Source: Mytilus californianus (lineage: Eukaryota). From it: a DNA stretch of 64,000 nucleotides. The stretch is from contig NW_026262679.1 of the NCBI RefSeq assembly GCF_021869535.1, positions 41,168,001 through 41,232,000 on the forward strand, written 5' to 3'. Shown one piece after another: positions 13,817-27,710 of this stretch. A program made the position numbers and the translations under genes. Within the stretch, counting starts at the first letter, position 1, and every line of letters starts with the position of its first letter. Under the pieces are notes generated by a model, which made no database searches, was not told the DNA's origin, and saw only the letters and a list, made by a program, of their open reading frames with translations.

Positions 13817-14496
13817 CGCAGGTGCTTAGGGAATGGATCCCCCTTTTTCTAAATATTTTAATTGTTACTAAGAAAATATTCTTTGATATTTCAACCTATT
13901 TTCACTTATTTGATATATTCTTGCGCTTATCCAAAAGATATTAGTATATACATGTTGTCCCTCTATTAATATTTTCCATTTTCCACGTGGAAAATAAGAA
14001 TAGAGGGGCATCATATATAAATAAATGAACATATGTTGGAATATTAAAGATTATTCCATATTGATAGAACTTTAGTAGGGTTTTCTATATGAATGGGATT
14101 TTGAATAAATAAGCATGTATTCACCTGCGGAAAAAGTATATTCACCGCGCAAAACGTCGCGTGCTTTTACGTGTATAATAACGATACAATGTTTGACGTT
14201 TAGTTGGTTTTGGTAAATAACTGTTATTTTATACATATTTTTCTCGCTCGGAACATGGAATAAAACAATTACTGTCTTTTGTTTCGGTAAATATGTGGTT
14301 TAATTGACTTTTGAAAAACCTAGTGACATTCACTTCGCCCGTTGGCCTCAGTGAATATCAGTTTTTCAAAAGTCAATAAAACCACACATTTACCTCATCA
14401 AAAGACAGTAATTGTATAATATTTACTTTGGAAAAAAGTTAAAAACACAAAAAAAAAAGATTCAGGAAAAGGGGATCCACTCCCCAAGCACCTATG
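13817..14496. mobile_element. TIR MITE (680 bp), P-superfamily-like termini
   Basis: About 30-bp imperfect TIR CGCAGGTGCTTAGGGAATGGATCCCC / GGGGATCCACTCCCCAAGCACCTATG. Flanks GTCCGTAA / ATCCGTAA (7 of 8 match). The right end reads CATAG, fitting CANRG. Confidence 0.55.
14265..14416. mobile_element. Foldback MITE with about 55-bp arms nested in the previous element
   Basis: ACAATTACTGTCTTTTG...GACTTTTGAAAAAC versus GTTTTTCAAAAGTC...CAAAAGACAGTAATTGT, a near-perfect inverted pair. Confidence 0.8.
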
Positions 14497-17334
14497 ATCC
14501 GTAATGAAATAATTCATGTACTCCGTATCTATATGAAAGATGCACGAAATTTGCCTTTGAACTCTGTAAAGTATGAAACCGTGACCGTAATAGTAAAATG
14601 AGGGGTTGTATCAGAGTTGGTAAATTCACTCGAAACTAGGTGAGACATGCGCAGTAATGATAGATAGATGGTATAAAGATAGAAAATTGAATATTTTAAG
14701 TAAAAAAAATTTTCTTTTTTAAATCCGTACCATACCCAAGCACCTGTGTTGAAATCTGCCACCACAGCAAAATACTTAAGACAACACGATACCTGCGAAA
14801 CAGAAAAAAGAAGCGTAAAGATAAGTTGATAACATAAACGGTACCAATTTTACTGCACTATCTTTAGCTGAGCAGGTCGACAATTAATGTCTCTTCGGCG
14901 ATGGTTGAGACCAAAACATTTGAAAATCCAAAACCTCATACAAACGTTGACGTGATGATTAAACTAAAAAGGACTTAAATTGTAGCCAAATCCGGATTAA
15001 TATTAACAAAAATATCTTACTTAGCATTTGGAAATCCGGTATGTTGAATTTTAGCTCCTTTTCATGTCAACAAGATGCATGATAGGCCACCAACCACAGG
15101 AACAAGATAAGTGCCTTATCTCGTAAAAGGTTGCTACGTCTAAAAGCAATTTCGAAATTTCCGGTGCAAAACATATTAATCACTTTCATTTATGATGAAC
15201 AATAATCCGAAGTGCTTATCGATCTTACTTCCTTGTTGTAGACACGTGGTTTTGTTTGTAAACAGTAACACACTTGATTATTAAAAAATATAATTCCAGA
15301 AGTGCAATGTTATATTTGAATAATTTTTAACAGCAGTATTGTAAATGTAACAACATAAAATAGTATGAATTTATTTTTTCATTTGATTGTATTAACTGAA
15401 ATCTGCAAACCAAACGTAGTTTTTATTTTATATCATATTTCAAGATTTTTTTTCGCGTTAAAGCAATTATAAAATTGACCCTACCTCATAGGTATCAACC
15501 ATTCGGTCTTAACCATCATGTTTGATATTGAAGCACATTTCAAAGGCCTTTTCTTTGTGTTTAGCAGCAGACAAACTAGTATATGTAAATATTTTTATAA
15601 TTGTGATTGGTTTACGCAAACACATGACTGAACAATCACGAGAGAGAAAATTCCCAGTCTGGTTGTTAGTTTTCGGACTTTATGAACTGGAAATTTTGCA
15701 AATTTGACAAAATGTATTATTTAAGTAATGTCAAATCCGACAATCGGCGCATAGTAACTAAATCTATTCAAGCAGTTTTACACATAAGTTTTACACATTA
15801 TTAATAGATGTCCATTGAAGTCACGGAATAAATGGATTGAAGACTTGTTTGCTTTCCCCATCATTTTTACGCATGTTTAATCTTTAATACTTAATTATTG
15901 GAACAAATTCTTATATGTGCAATGGAGGATTACAAGAAATACACTTGATAACCTCTTCGGTTGAGCCATGGAGAGTATAGTGCACATCTTTTGGGATTAC
16001 GTGCAGTAAAATCTGTTTGATTAAAATTTGGGAATTTTCTAGAAAATTGCAGATAATTTACATAATATTTGAAATTCCATTGATGAAAAAAAAAAACAAA
16101 TACATAATGGAATTTGAATTAAAATTAAATCGTCCATTGAACCGACAGACTTGGCAAATCTAATCGTTATTTATTGCTACTGTTATGCTGATTGAGCATT
16201 TAGAGTTCTGCCGTAAAACTATGTGGATTTTAATAGTTCACTTTTACTTTGAAACCCTAGCTGAGAAGACGTTGGGAAAAATTTTAAATTTAAACTTTAA
16301 AATTTGAGCTTTGTTTGTTGCTGATCTTATTTTCAGATGCTCTTGTCCTCATACCTCTATCCATTATGGTGACATCTTGAAAAACAGTTACACAACAGGA
16401 GGTCCGAGCAAAATTTACTTGAAAGTATGCAGACAATGGATAGCCCAGCTGCTACTCGTGAAATATTGCTGACTGGACCGCCCTTCAGTACATCAGCTTT
16501 GGGTTGCCCAGTTTTGAAATAGATTAGTTCAATCGCCATCAAGAATTTATTTAGCTGACAAGTAATTTGGTTGTGGTGTACTGTATGTTTTTGTTGTTGG
16601 ATTCTCAATCAAATGGCACATTGGCAATTCCATAGCCAAACAAAGTCAGTTTTTGTTATTTGGTGTAGTGGTATACAAATCAAGTCAACAATGGCGTCTC
16701 TTCGCACATTTTGAAATTTGGGTAATGTACATGAAACGAATAACTTTGAATATATTATTGAATAAAATTATTAAATTAGAAGGTTTTCACTGTTTCCTCA
16801 TATTAATTCTCAATTTATGAAATTTAATGTCCATTTTAGATCTTCCCTCGTTTTTTTTTTTTAAATTTTATTCATTCGATAAATGTCCAGACTGACGGCG
16901 ACTTGCACTTTGTCAAATGGCTTGATGCGTGTATATGGATGAAGACCGTATAGTGTCCTAACATGGCTATGTTTGGTAAGCTTAAGTTATTGTGTTGTTT
17001 TCTCATTGATATTTACTTCAAAAATATATCATGTCTGTGTGCACAACACATGTTTTGGGAATAACCATTTTCAGGTCACTCGAGACCACAAGGTTGGAAA
17101 GCCAAAAATATAAAAATATAATTTGGAGAATAAAAACCTAAAAGGTCTCAACAAAAAAGTCAAAACCGTTTAAAATCAACTTTGTATTAGAGTTGTATTA
17201 CAATTGCATAATTTTATCAGCTGAAAATGAAGTTCACTGACATCGTTTGAAGTATGCCAAATAAATACCAGAACACTGATGGTACCCTGGGTGAATGATA
17301 GTCCACCAGCAGCGTTACCAACCAAATTGTAATG

Positions 17335-17697
17335 TGACTAGAGGCTCTAAAGAACCTGTATCACTCACCTTGGTCTATTTGCATCTTCAACAATGGACAC
17401 TCTCCAACATTGTAGACTAGAATAGAATTCATGACAAAAACTTGTTATTCTAGATTTTGTATTGCTGATTATTTTTTTTCGTTTACAGAATCTCTCTATC
17501 TTTAGTTTTTTGTCTAAAACTCAAGAAAGGGTAAAACAAATCTTCATTTAAGGGCAATCATTCTAGAGGTTTGAAGTGTCTACTAACGATTCGGCAAGAT
17601 TTGAGTTGTTTGTAGAGCTTTTCTCGCTGATAATTTTGCAATTTAAAGTGTCTATCTATCCTATATAGTTTTCAAGATAATAGGCAAAAATACTACA

Positions 17698-17734
<37 letters not shown>

Positions 17735-18115
17735 CGTCATTAAAGGGCAATAACTATAATAAGGAGTCGTCTGACGATTACGGCTGTTTGACTTATTTGT
17801 AGATCTTCACTTGCTGATAATTTTCTATGTTCAAAGTTTCTATCTATCTATTATAGTATTTAAGATATTAGTCAAAAAAGGAACAAAATTGTCATAAAAG
17901 GGCGATAACTCCATTAGGAAGTCGTTTGACAATTGTTTATGTTATCAGAAGGTAGATCGCCACATTCTGAACATTTCTGTTCATTGGACACATGTTTTAA
18001 ACTAGATACCCAAATAATGGTTGTGGCGAAGTTTGGTTAAATTTGGCGAAGTGGTTTCAGAGAAGACCACGTACGCCAAGTGATGCTTTAGGCAAGGTGA
18101 GCTAAAAAAAAAAAA
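17335..18115 (+). mobile_element. Degenerate non-autonomous interspersed element (HINE-like) containing a poly-G tract at 17701-17733
   Basis: Starts ACTAGAGGCTCTAAAGA...CTCACCTTGG, ends GGCAAGGTGAGCTAAAAAA (subterminal inverted CTCACCTTG/CAAGGTGAG) and has internal degenerate repeats. Confidence 0.45.
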
Positions 18116-18221
18116 AAAGACGTATAATACGGTAACCGTGTGCACAACATATGTGTTTTGAATAACCTTAATCAAGTACTCTGAAGATCAACATTTTGGA
18201 ATTCGAAATATAAATATAAAA

Positions 18222-18720
18222 AGAAGATGGTATGATTGCCAATGAGACATATCTCCACCAGCGACCAAATGACATATAATTTAACAACTATAGGTCACCT
18301 TACGGCCTTCAACAATGAGCAAAACACATAACGCATAGTCAGCTATAGAAGGCCCCGAAATGACAAATGCAAAACAATTCAAACGATAAAACTAACGGCC
18401 TGATTTATGTACAAAATAATGAACGAAAAACAAATATCATATACAGCAGCAAACGACAACCACTGAGTTACAGGCTCCAGCACAACATATAAACAAACTA
18501 AAAAAATCAGTTAAAAAGGGCTTAACTCATCAAATCAAAACAAAGCAGAAAAACAAGTAACAAAAACACAGACCGGACGTGGCAGGGTATTTATACATAT
18601 CCACAACAAAAAAGACACTAAATACAGATCTGAGAATACTCGCAGTTACTAACAGCTAGTTCAAAGCCAGTAACAACTAATAAAAAAATCAAGTATATAA
18701 GACTAAAACAGTTTTGAGAA
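18222..18720 (+). repeat. Interspersed repeat family B (AAGATGTGGTATGATTGCCAATGAGACAAC...), Penelope-associated
   Basis: Related copies at 23450-23680 (-), 26075-26200 (+), 44170-44330 (-), 47285-47760 (+), 47850-48255 (-) and 52000-52085 (-). One copy abuts the Penelope RT. Confidence 0.7.
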
Positions 18721-20769
18721 TATAAAATCAAAAAGAGCTGACCGGCACCGTCTAATTGTAGCATTGCCTGAATGAGTTGCAATCTTAGTTTTATAACAAC
18801 TACAATATTTTTATAAACTCAAAATTAATTGATACTGGGTATGCATCACATTAGTCATGCCAAAACCGAAGCACTGGTTACTTGTCGAATTATACCCGCG
18901 GGAACTGATATTCCGCCAGTTGCAGTACCGGCCTAAAATACGCATGCAAGATATGATTTCCGTGCGTAGACCACCTGTAATTGGATTTATTTATCCTTCA
19001 TCGAATACATTTTAGACCAAATGTTTGGAAAGTCAGAAATGTATATACTAGTAATCTACCTTTATTTATATGGATAATTCTGAAAGATAACTTATTTTTT
19101 AATGTACTGTCCAATTATACTAACAGAAAAGTAGTCTCTAAAATAAATCTGTTGTACGATACACAGTGGTCAAATATTTTAAATTCATTTTTTCACTGAT
19201 GCAACAATCTGAGAAATCATGTGTGTGTACGTGTTGTTTCCAATCAAAAGATGAAATTGATTGTAAAAAGTCACTAAAGATCACTGTGTATCATCGCCAC
19301 ACAGTGGTACCAACGAAGCAGACCATTTCTACCGTTTCGATGAGGTTACCGCTTTTGAAACGATTTTCTGATATACAAAGCTTTAATTTTTTATGCCAAC
19401 AACTAGCAAACAAAGACAATAGTTTGTGTTATACTCCAAAACTGTGCAATTGGTACCAGAAAATGTCGAGGTCGATCACCCTCCGTCGCCCCGTTGGCCA
19501 GATATTCATTGTTTTTCCAGACAAAGTTTTAGATTATGATAGTGTGACTTCATATTTACTGAAATTCGCTATCAAAAAGATGTTTTCTAAAGAATATCGG
19601 TAAAAGCTAACCCAGCCTAGGGTACGGCAACTTGCTCCTGTTGACATATTTACAGTACGACAACTTGTTTTCGAACTGTATAGCAACTTGCTAGTTTTAT
19701 AATATTTATATGCCATCCTTTTCAAGAAATAGTCTTATAAGTTCATGTATACCTAATTATATACATTTGATAGAAATACAATTCGCTTGAGTGACGGCAT
19801 TGTAGATCATGGTACACACAATATTATGCTACACATTCGTATTAGATCTATACAGCATCATACAAAAAATATATGTTTTTCAAGATGTATACATATTATG
19901 TCAATATTTTACCTTTACAACATAAAAAAAATCCATGAAATGTCCATAAAATACACTTTTAAATTGTTACTAACTTCTAGTATCTATTTGTTTTATAGAT
20001 TGCATTACATCTATATATCCGAGTTAACTTCAGATATGAGATGCATGTAATGTAGTCAATTAACAATGAACAAATGAATAATTAGGAGGATTTTATCCGA
20101 ATTGAATATTTATTTATATCCGTTGCTACGTATGCTTATTTTTTTCCTGGGATTTTTTTTTTTTTCTTTCTTTTTTGTAAACAATTGATTCCTGCATTTT
20201 GTGTTGCAGAATATTTATTTTCAGCTCTTCCCAGGCCAAGTTATTCCTTTTCAAATCGAGTCGAGTTCCATACCTGTATAAGTTTAAAAACAGAATGTGT
20301 GTTTGAAAACAAACTAACTACTAACTACATGCTGCAATAACTGTTTATGCTATTTTTGGTCTCACTTGTTTTGATTTATATCATTTCATTTGACACAATA
20401 TACAAATAAAATTTAGAAATACATGAATTAAACATCTTATACATGAACAAGTACTACAAAAAGAGAACTCGGGCGAATAAACCCCTCCCCACGCCCCACA
20501 CACACTACCTCTCCACTAACTTATTTTAATTTAGGCCAAACAGCATTAGCAACAGTCTTTTAATTTTTTTATCTTGAAAATAAAAAGTTGTAAATTTAAA
20601 AAAAAAAGATATATAATAAAAGAGAAAGTATATGGGGTATCGATCCATGACATAGCACTTTTATTGCTGTGCTTCATCTCAATGTCACAGTGAGGCCTTC
20701 AACACAGAACAAAATTTTCACCTCACTGCAAGTTTAAGACGGCCCCTGGTACCGGTTTGATCGGAATTC

Positions 20770-21732
20770 TTTGCGGCCCACAAGGGGCATAAAGAGAATA
20801 CATGTATAAGGAAAAAGAACATTGATTAGCATAGATACATAGAATTTAAATACACAATAACAATACAATTAGACTGTTATAAAGCCCTTGGTTTATAGTA
20901 TATAATATAGTTACATGAAAAATAAATAGATCTAAGTGATATTGACTTTAATAAATTTTCCAACAGCATTATGGACCTGATTGTCTTCGCAGCTTAATAA
21001 ATAAATGAATTTTTGCTGATTGTCCAGTAAAGAAAAGTTGTGAATTTTTTGGCAAACAAATTCAAAGAGAGAATCTCTTATCAGAGTTAAATTTTTCACA
21101 TGAAGTTAAAAAATGGATTTCATCTTCAACACAGCATGGGGAGCATTTTTTGCAAATTCTTTCATTTCGTGGAATATTTGAAAAACGGCCAAATTCAATT
21201 AGAAGCTTATGAGCAGATATACGTAGTTTGCAAATAGCTCTTCTAAAACCAAAGTTCTTAACCAAAGAGAGATAATTTTCATAACCAAAATTTTGTTTAA
21301 ATTTCAAATAATTGAACAATTTTCCATCAGAAGCATTTTTTTTGGCTAACATAATAATTGTTAATATATTTAGTGTGAATTAATTTGTTAGATATATTAA
21401 AAATTTATATTGTCCAAAATGTTTTACTTCTTGTTTAATTTCAAAAACTTCTAATAACTTTTTAACAAATGAGAACCAAGAAGTTATGTTAGATTTGTGA
21501 AACTCTTGGCTGCATTTATAATCGTCTTTCAACAGACTGAATTCAGTCGGAAGATTTTCAAATCTATACCAGTATTTAACAATTGACTTTACAATATCAT
21601 CTTGTAGGGGGAAACGCCCCAGTTCTGATAAAAGAGCAAAATTTACACTCCTTTTGTGTACACCAAGTATAAATTTAGAGAACTTGAGATGAAGTTTCTC
21701 ACACTGAAGATTTTTTATAAATATTTTCAAGA
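20770..21732 (-). mobile_element. CR1/L2-group LINE, 3' portion (end of ORF2 plus 3' UTR), decayed
   Basis: Minus-strand translation CEKLHLKFSKFILGVHK...SELGRFPL and FRRAICKLRISAHKLLIEFGRF...ERICKKC...EDEIHFL...C, the typical LINE ORF2 C-terminal zinc-knuckle region. The outer boundary is approximate. Confidence 0.85.
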
Positions 21733-22884
21733 TTAAGGTAGTTCGGGGGTTTAAATTTTCGCGCCTTCTGCGCAGAAAGTTGCGCATTCTCTTGTCGTAA
21801 ACAAATATTTTTACGATAACCCGATAAATACAAAAAACATTGGTAAACAATTTTTTTCAGCGGACAACTTACTTTGAATAATATTTTTTGCAATCATTCA
21901 ATGAAACGAATGTGTTTAATTTATCTTTTTATAAGACGAAATGTAGCATGTTTACTTCCGGTAAAAGTGAATGGTGAGTAGTCGAAAAAAATCTCAACAA
22001 AAAGAGAAGATATGAAACAAGTGAACCGCTTATTAAGATGACTGACTTGATTCTCAGGAATAATACATATTGAGAATCATTTTGGTGTATTATTAAGCGG
22101 GTTCACAAATTAACATCACTGAAACTGGACTTGAAAGTGACGGAGCACCCTTTGAAAAAAATGGCCATGGAGGTAAGATGTTAATTTCGCAATGCGACAA
22201 TCGCAATAAATAATAGTCTGCTCTAAAGAAATTATGCCATCCATCAGAAACCACAAGGGGCAATTCTCACAAACAAAATCTGTCAAAAAAATAACAAAAT
22301 TAATTCTAGATAGAGTTCAGCAAAAACATAAAAACAACAACCGAGTATCAGATCATTCCTATGCTACATTTTGTAACCCCGTAACACCAACAGAGAACAT
22401 TACAGCAAGCACATTAACTGATGATGACTTAACATATATACCACCTGATCTTGTACCCTTAAGTCACTGTAGACTAGTGACTGAACTGGACACATTGGCT
22501 AACCAGCTAAAAGGTTGCAGAGAATGTAGTATACCTTTACAGCATGATGCAAAGGGAGTCCGGTGCTATGGTCTGACCGGCATAGTGTACATTATTTGTC
22601 AAAACTCGTCATGTCAAACCTTAAACAGAATTAAACTAGGCAAGGTCCACTTTGGGAGAGAAAAGAAAGGTGTTGGAATTTTTGATGTCAACACGAAAGC
22701 TGCAACAGGTTTCTTTCATGTAGAGTTTCTAACCTTCCCAACCCCACATATGTCACCTGACATTTTTATTAGTCCTCTGGAAAAATAGTAGTGTCTGTTG
22801 ACTTTCTTTTATGTTCATCTCATCATAAATCTGTTATTTATAAAATAGCATAACATTTTCTTGGTTGTAAAATTGAGACTGGAA

Positions 22885-23435
22885 ATGGGGAATGTGTCAA
22901 GGAGACAACAACCTGACCAAAGAGCAGAAAACAGCCACCGATGGGTCTTCAACAATGAGAAAATCCTGCACGCTGAGGCATGCTTCAGCTAGCCCCGTAA
23001 CAAAAATGTGTACTAGTTCATTGAATAAGGACGTCATACTATATATATATATATAGCTACATCATGTACATGTAAACTCTGAAAGACCGAAATATATAAA
23101 TATGAACTATAATTAAAAATCATAAAAGACAAACAAAGGCTAGAGGCTCCTGATTTGGGACAGGCACAAAAATGCGGCAGGGTTAAACATGTTTTGTGAG
23201 ATCTCAAGCCAATGGCTATATGCACATTAAAACTCAGTTTAAGTGAAGTCTGAGTCCGATGTCAAAATAGGTAACAAAAGAAACTAAACAAAATGACAAT
23301 TATATATAAATTAACAAATGACTACCAACTGTTACTGACATGCCAGCCCCAGACCTCAATTAAACTGATTGAAAGATTATGTTTCATCATATGAATATCA
23401 ACACTATCCCTTCCGTTAGGGGTTTAGTATCATAC
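22885..23435 (+). repeat. Interspersed repeat family A copy in transposase intron 1
   Basis: Reverse complement of 5995-6585, with a short (TA)n insertion. Confidence 0.75.
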
Positions 23436-23934
23436 TATTTGTCGTCTGTTTATGTAGTTCATACGTGTTTCTCGTTTTTATATAGATTAGACCTTTGATT
23501 TTCCCGTTTGAATGGTTTAACACTAGTAATTTTTGGGGCCCTTTATAGCTTGCTGTTTGGTGTGAGCCAAGGCTCCGTGTTGAAGGCCGTACCTTGACCT
23601 ATAATGGTTTACTTTTTTAAATTGTTACTTGGATGGAGAGTTGTCTCATTGGCACTCATACCACATCTTCCTATATCTATCATAAAATATATGAGAAGAA
23701 CATAACCCTGTACATCTGTACATGTATAGAAGAATAACATATAAATTATACTTTATTTCAAGTTATAGAAACAACGAGGCGCTTTTGAAGGGGCAACATA
23801 ATAAGAAAATAACAATTAAAGCAATACAAAAGAACAATACTGACAGAAAGAATTACTTGATTGAGAAAAATGAAAAAAAAAAACACATCATGTACAAAAT
23901 CATTAATTATACCTTGGATTTAATATATAAATTA

Positions 23935-24148
23935 TAGCATCAAACACATTTATAACAGCATTTGTCTACTGGTATATATTTATAATTCATCTAAACATCA
24001 GCCGAACAATGTTATAGATCTGTAAATTTGCTTTCGCAAATTTATTTGTTCTTCCCTCGCCGGGATTCAAACTCATACTACTGAGATATCGTGGCACAAA
24101 ATCGTATTGCACTATATCCAACACGTTAGACCACTCGACCACCTAGGT
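23935..24148 (-). mobile_element. tRNA-derived SINE-like element
   Basis: The minus strand has A-box-like GGTCGAGTGGTCTAA (24140-24126) and B-box-like GAGTTTGAATCCC (24074-24062), too far apart for a tRNA. The 3' limit is approximate. Confidence 0.55.
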
Positions 24149-24769
24149 TTCACATATATATTACATTAAAAAACAATTCTGATAGCCTCAATTACAGAAT
24201 TTGTAGTGATGATGAAAGGTCATGAAAGGCCTTGTGAAAAACACTTCATTAAACATGTTAAAAAATACACATTGAACCAATTTTTTTGATGTATTCACAA
24301 TTCATTTTTATTAAACATCTTTTAATTATATAATAAACAATACAGGAATGATACATGCTGGTATTGGCGAGACTCAGCTCAACAACTTTTTGTCATCACT
24401 TAATGTCCATTGCATAGATGCAAAGACCTTGAAAATTAGAGAAAATGAAGCCGGCAGTGTTCTTGAGAATCAGGCCATCATGTCACAACAAAGACACTTG
24501 CAAAGGGAAATATTGAATTCCACAACAGGTTTGATAACAATTATGGCTATTTTGTATTTATATACATTTTCTTATACTTTACTTTATAAGCCTGATTGAG
24601 TACTTGATAATATTGGTATAGTCTGAATATGGTCTCGACAAATGCTCAACCAGTCTGGACTCAGCTTCTACAATCTCAACCAAAAAAAAAGCAAGAATTT
24701 TCAGTTTGTACTTAAATCAGATAGTCACCTTTAATTTTCTTTCTAACTTTTCTAAATCAACTTAGATTT

Positions 24770-25590
24770 TCATAAAACTATACAGCTATCTTAATTATAT
24801 ATTGATCTTACAAAATGCAGGTAATGTGGCTATTTTGTTGATTGCCATAAAATTTAAGGATTTAATTAATAGGTAAAAAAAAGTCACAATTTTCAATTGG
24901 GTCTAAATTCATAATGATACCTATAAATTAAATTTTTAAATTTGACAGCAATAAAAAAAAGTTGAAAACTACCAAATAACCTGGTATTTTGCAAGATCAA
25001 TATTTAATTGAGATAGCTAAAGATGTTGATGAAAAATCAAAATTATAACTTGAAAAAGTTATGAAAATATTTAAAAGTGACTATCAGAATTTACTCCAAA
25101 CTGAAAATTCTAGCTTTTTTTAACCAATTAATTAGGTCCTTAAATTTGATAGCTACACTCTAAACTACCAAACAACCTTGCATTCTGTAACACCATCATA
25201 TAATTCAGATAGCTATAAAGTTTAATGAAAATCCAAGTTGATTTGGAAAAGTTTTATAAAAATTTAAAGGTGACAATCAGAATTTAGTCCAAACTGAAAA
25301 TTCTTGCTGTTTTTACCTATTAATGAAATCCTTCAATTTGACAGCAATACACCAAGCTACCAAACAATATGGCATTCTGTAAGATCAATATATAATTGAG
25401 ATAGCTGCAAAGTTTTATGAAAATCTAAGTTAATTGGAAAAATTTAAAGTTATAATTAAAGGTCACTATATTAATTTAATCAGAACTGAAAATTCTATTT
25501 TTTTCTACCTATTAATCAAAGCCTTTAATTTGACAGCAATGAACAAACTACCAAATAACCTGAAATTTTGTAAGATTAATATAAAATTCA
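24770..25590. repeat. Degenerate tandem array, unit about 190-200 bp, 4-5 copies, in transposase intron 2
   Basis: TTGACAGCAAT...CTACCAAATAACC...AAGATCAATAT recurs near 24942, 25146, 25338 and 25530. Confidence 0.7.
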
Positions 25591-26744
25591 TTATATAGTT
25601 AGATAGGCTCATTCAGACCAGTTTAGACTAAATTTGAAAATCATGATTGTAGACACAGGTCGAGACAGAGTCAAGACTAGAGGAGCATTTGTCGAATCAA
25701 TTATACAGACTATACCAAGATTGATATTAATTAATCACACTAATTAAGGACAGTCAAGACCAAAGTGGAGTACAGAAGTGATCTATTATTACTGCTTATT
25801 TCTATATATATATATATATATATATTATATGTGCATTTTTTTCCTATTAAATTAGAAGATCAAACAGACAGTAGAAGTGGAATATGCATAAGTACTGATA
25901 CATGCTGGCAGAAAAAAGGATCTGGCCGATCGTACAACAGCTTATCAGGTAAAAATGACAGTGCTTATTTCATGTCCATTCAGTGTGATCACCTGGTGGG
26001 GTGGATCTATAGAAATGCATTTTGCTTGTTAAATATTAGTTGCTTTCTTTTTGGAATATACCCCATTATAAAAAAAGAAGATGTGGTATGATTGCCAATG
26101 AGACAACTCTCCACAAGAGACCAAAATGACACAGAAATTAACAACTATAGGTCACCGTACGGCCTTCAACAATGAGCAAAGCCCATACCGCACAGTCATA
26201 CCCATTAGTCCAGTCAATCTAGCATAAATTTGACCATAACCTTAAAGTAATTGCAACAGAAGATTTTTAAGTTTTAATCTTTAGCATTATACCCCAAATA
26301 TACACAGCAAAAAGTTCCATATATTCTTACTTGAGGAAGACTAAAAAATCATGATTTAAAATTCCTATGGAGATTTGCATTGAAAAAGGGAGATAACTCT
26401 GCAAAAAAGGCAGAAATATCAATTAAAATTGATACAAAATTATAACTTTACCGCTTCTATTCAATAGAATGTATTGATTGTTGATATTTTAGCCTTCTTT
26501 AGAGTATAACAAACAACTCTTAAGGTGTTTCCCTATCTTTTATCAAGCTACATTCTAGATTTCGTCATTCATTAGTTGACCATTTATTTATATATTCTTC
26601 TTTTTGTGGTTTAAAGTTTCTTTAAACAAGGTAGATGCTGAACAAATATATAATATACAGATATAAACTAAACCAAATTTTCACATTATTTTTTCAAAAT
26701 GGTCACAAAGCCACAAATTTGCAATTTGTTAAATGAAAAAAACA

Positions 26745-27110
26745 AAAAAAATGTGGATAGTGTCCACATGTGGACACAGATGATGACCCTGCTTGCATAT
26801 CATATAGTTATAAAGAAACATAACTGAAGAACGGTAAAAGTGACGCTACCCAAATTTGAACTTGATCTCAGTTTTGTGGTAATAAGCATTGTGTGTAAGT
26901 CTCATAACATTTGGTTCAGGCTAACTTAAGTAGAGAACAGAAACTAAAAATTCAGCAGTTTTTCTATTTGTAAACACGCATAACTCTAGAACGGTTGTGT
27001 ATAAGTTTTATAACATTTGGTTGAGACAAACTAAAGTTAGAGAACGTACGTACAGACGGACAAGGGTAAAACTTAATGCCCCCTCCCCTACGATGGGGGC
27101 ATAATAAAAA
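26745..27110 (+). mobile_element. Non-autonomous HINE-like element ending in a GC hairpin; related copy at about 38640-38957
   Basis: Both copies end ACGGACAAGGGTAAAA..AATGCCCCCT...ACGATGGGG(G)CATA. Confidence 0.55.
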
Positions 27111-27710
27111 TACCCATAACTCTTTGGTTTTGTACATTTCATGAGCTGAAGATTATATAATATAGTCAAATATGAACTTATAACCACATCTAAGTATCAT
27201 ACAGTTTACTTTACATAAATTTTAAGAAAATCAACCAAAAACTGACAAAAAAAAGACTCTTTTTTTTTTGGCGGAGTTATCTCCCCTTCCAATATGAATT
27301 TCCATAGGAAATTAAAAATGCTCACCAGGCTAAAAACAATACTTCTAATACTTTGTATAAACTTCTTTTTTCTTGACCGATTTCATTATGATTAATTCAC
27401 AGGCTTGAATTTATGGGGTTCTTTAATATGTTGAATCTATTGGATTTTGGACCCTGTATTTTAATTGGTGCATATTGAGATCCAAAGGGTCTGAAATAAA
27501 ACTTTATTCATAGTTGCATTTTTTGGATTCTTTGATATGCCCAATCTTACAATATATTTGGATTTTTAATTTGGTCCCAATTTTCAAATAGATAAGTCCA
27601 CATAAAATATCCAAAGCTGTCAAAATTTTTTAAAATCTTAAAATTTTTCAAAAATTCAAAAATTAAATTATTGGGTTCTTTGGTATATCGAATACAACCA
27701 TGTATTTAGA

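Noticed and set aside
16338-16730. Slightly GC-richer stretch resembling a decayed exon
   Set aside because: Stops occur in all frames and no family motif was recognised.
17701-17733. 33-nt poly-G tract as a functional G-quadruplex
   Set aside because: It lies inside a decayed repeat, and homopolymer length is unreliable in assemblies.
19166-19603. 145-aa ORF
   Set aside because: No domain, atypical start, and it overlaps an interspersed repeat shared with 43590-43720.
24055-24148. tRNA gene
   Set aside because: A and B boxes are present, but the spacing is long and no cloverleaf forms. It is better explained as a SINE head.
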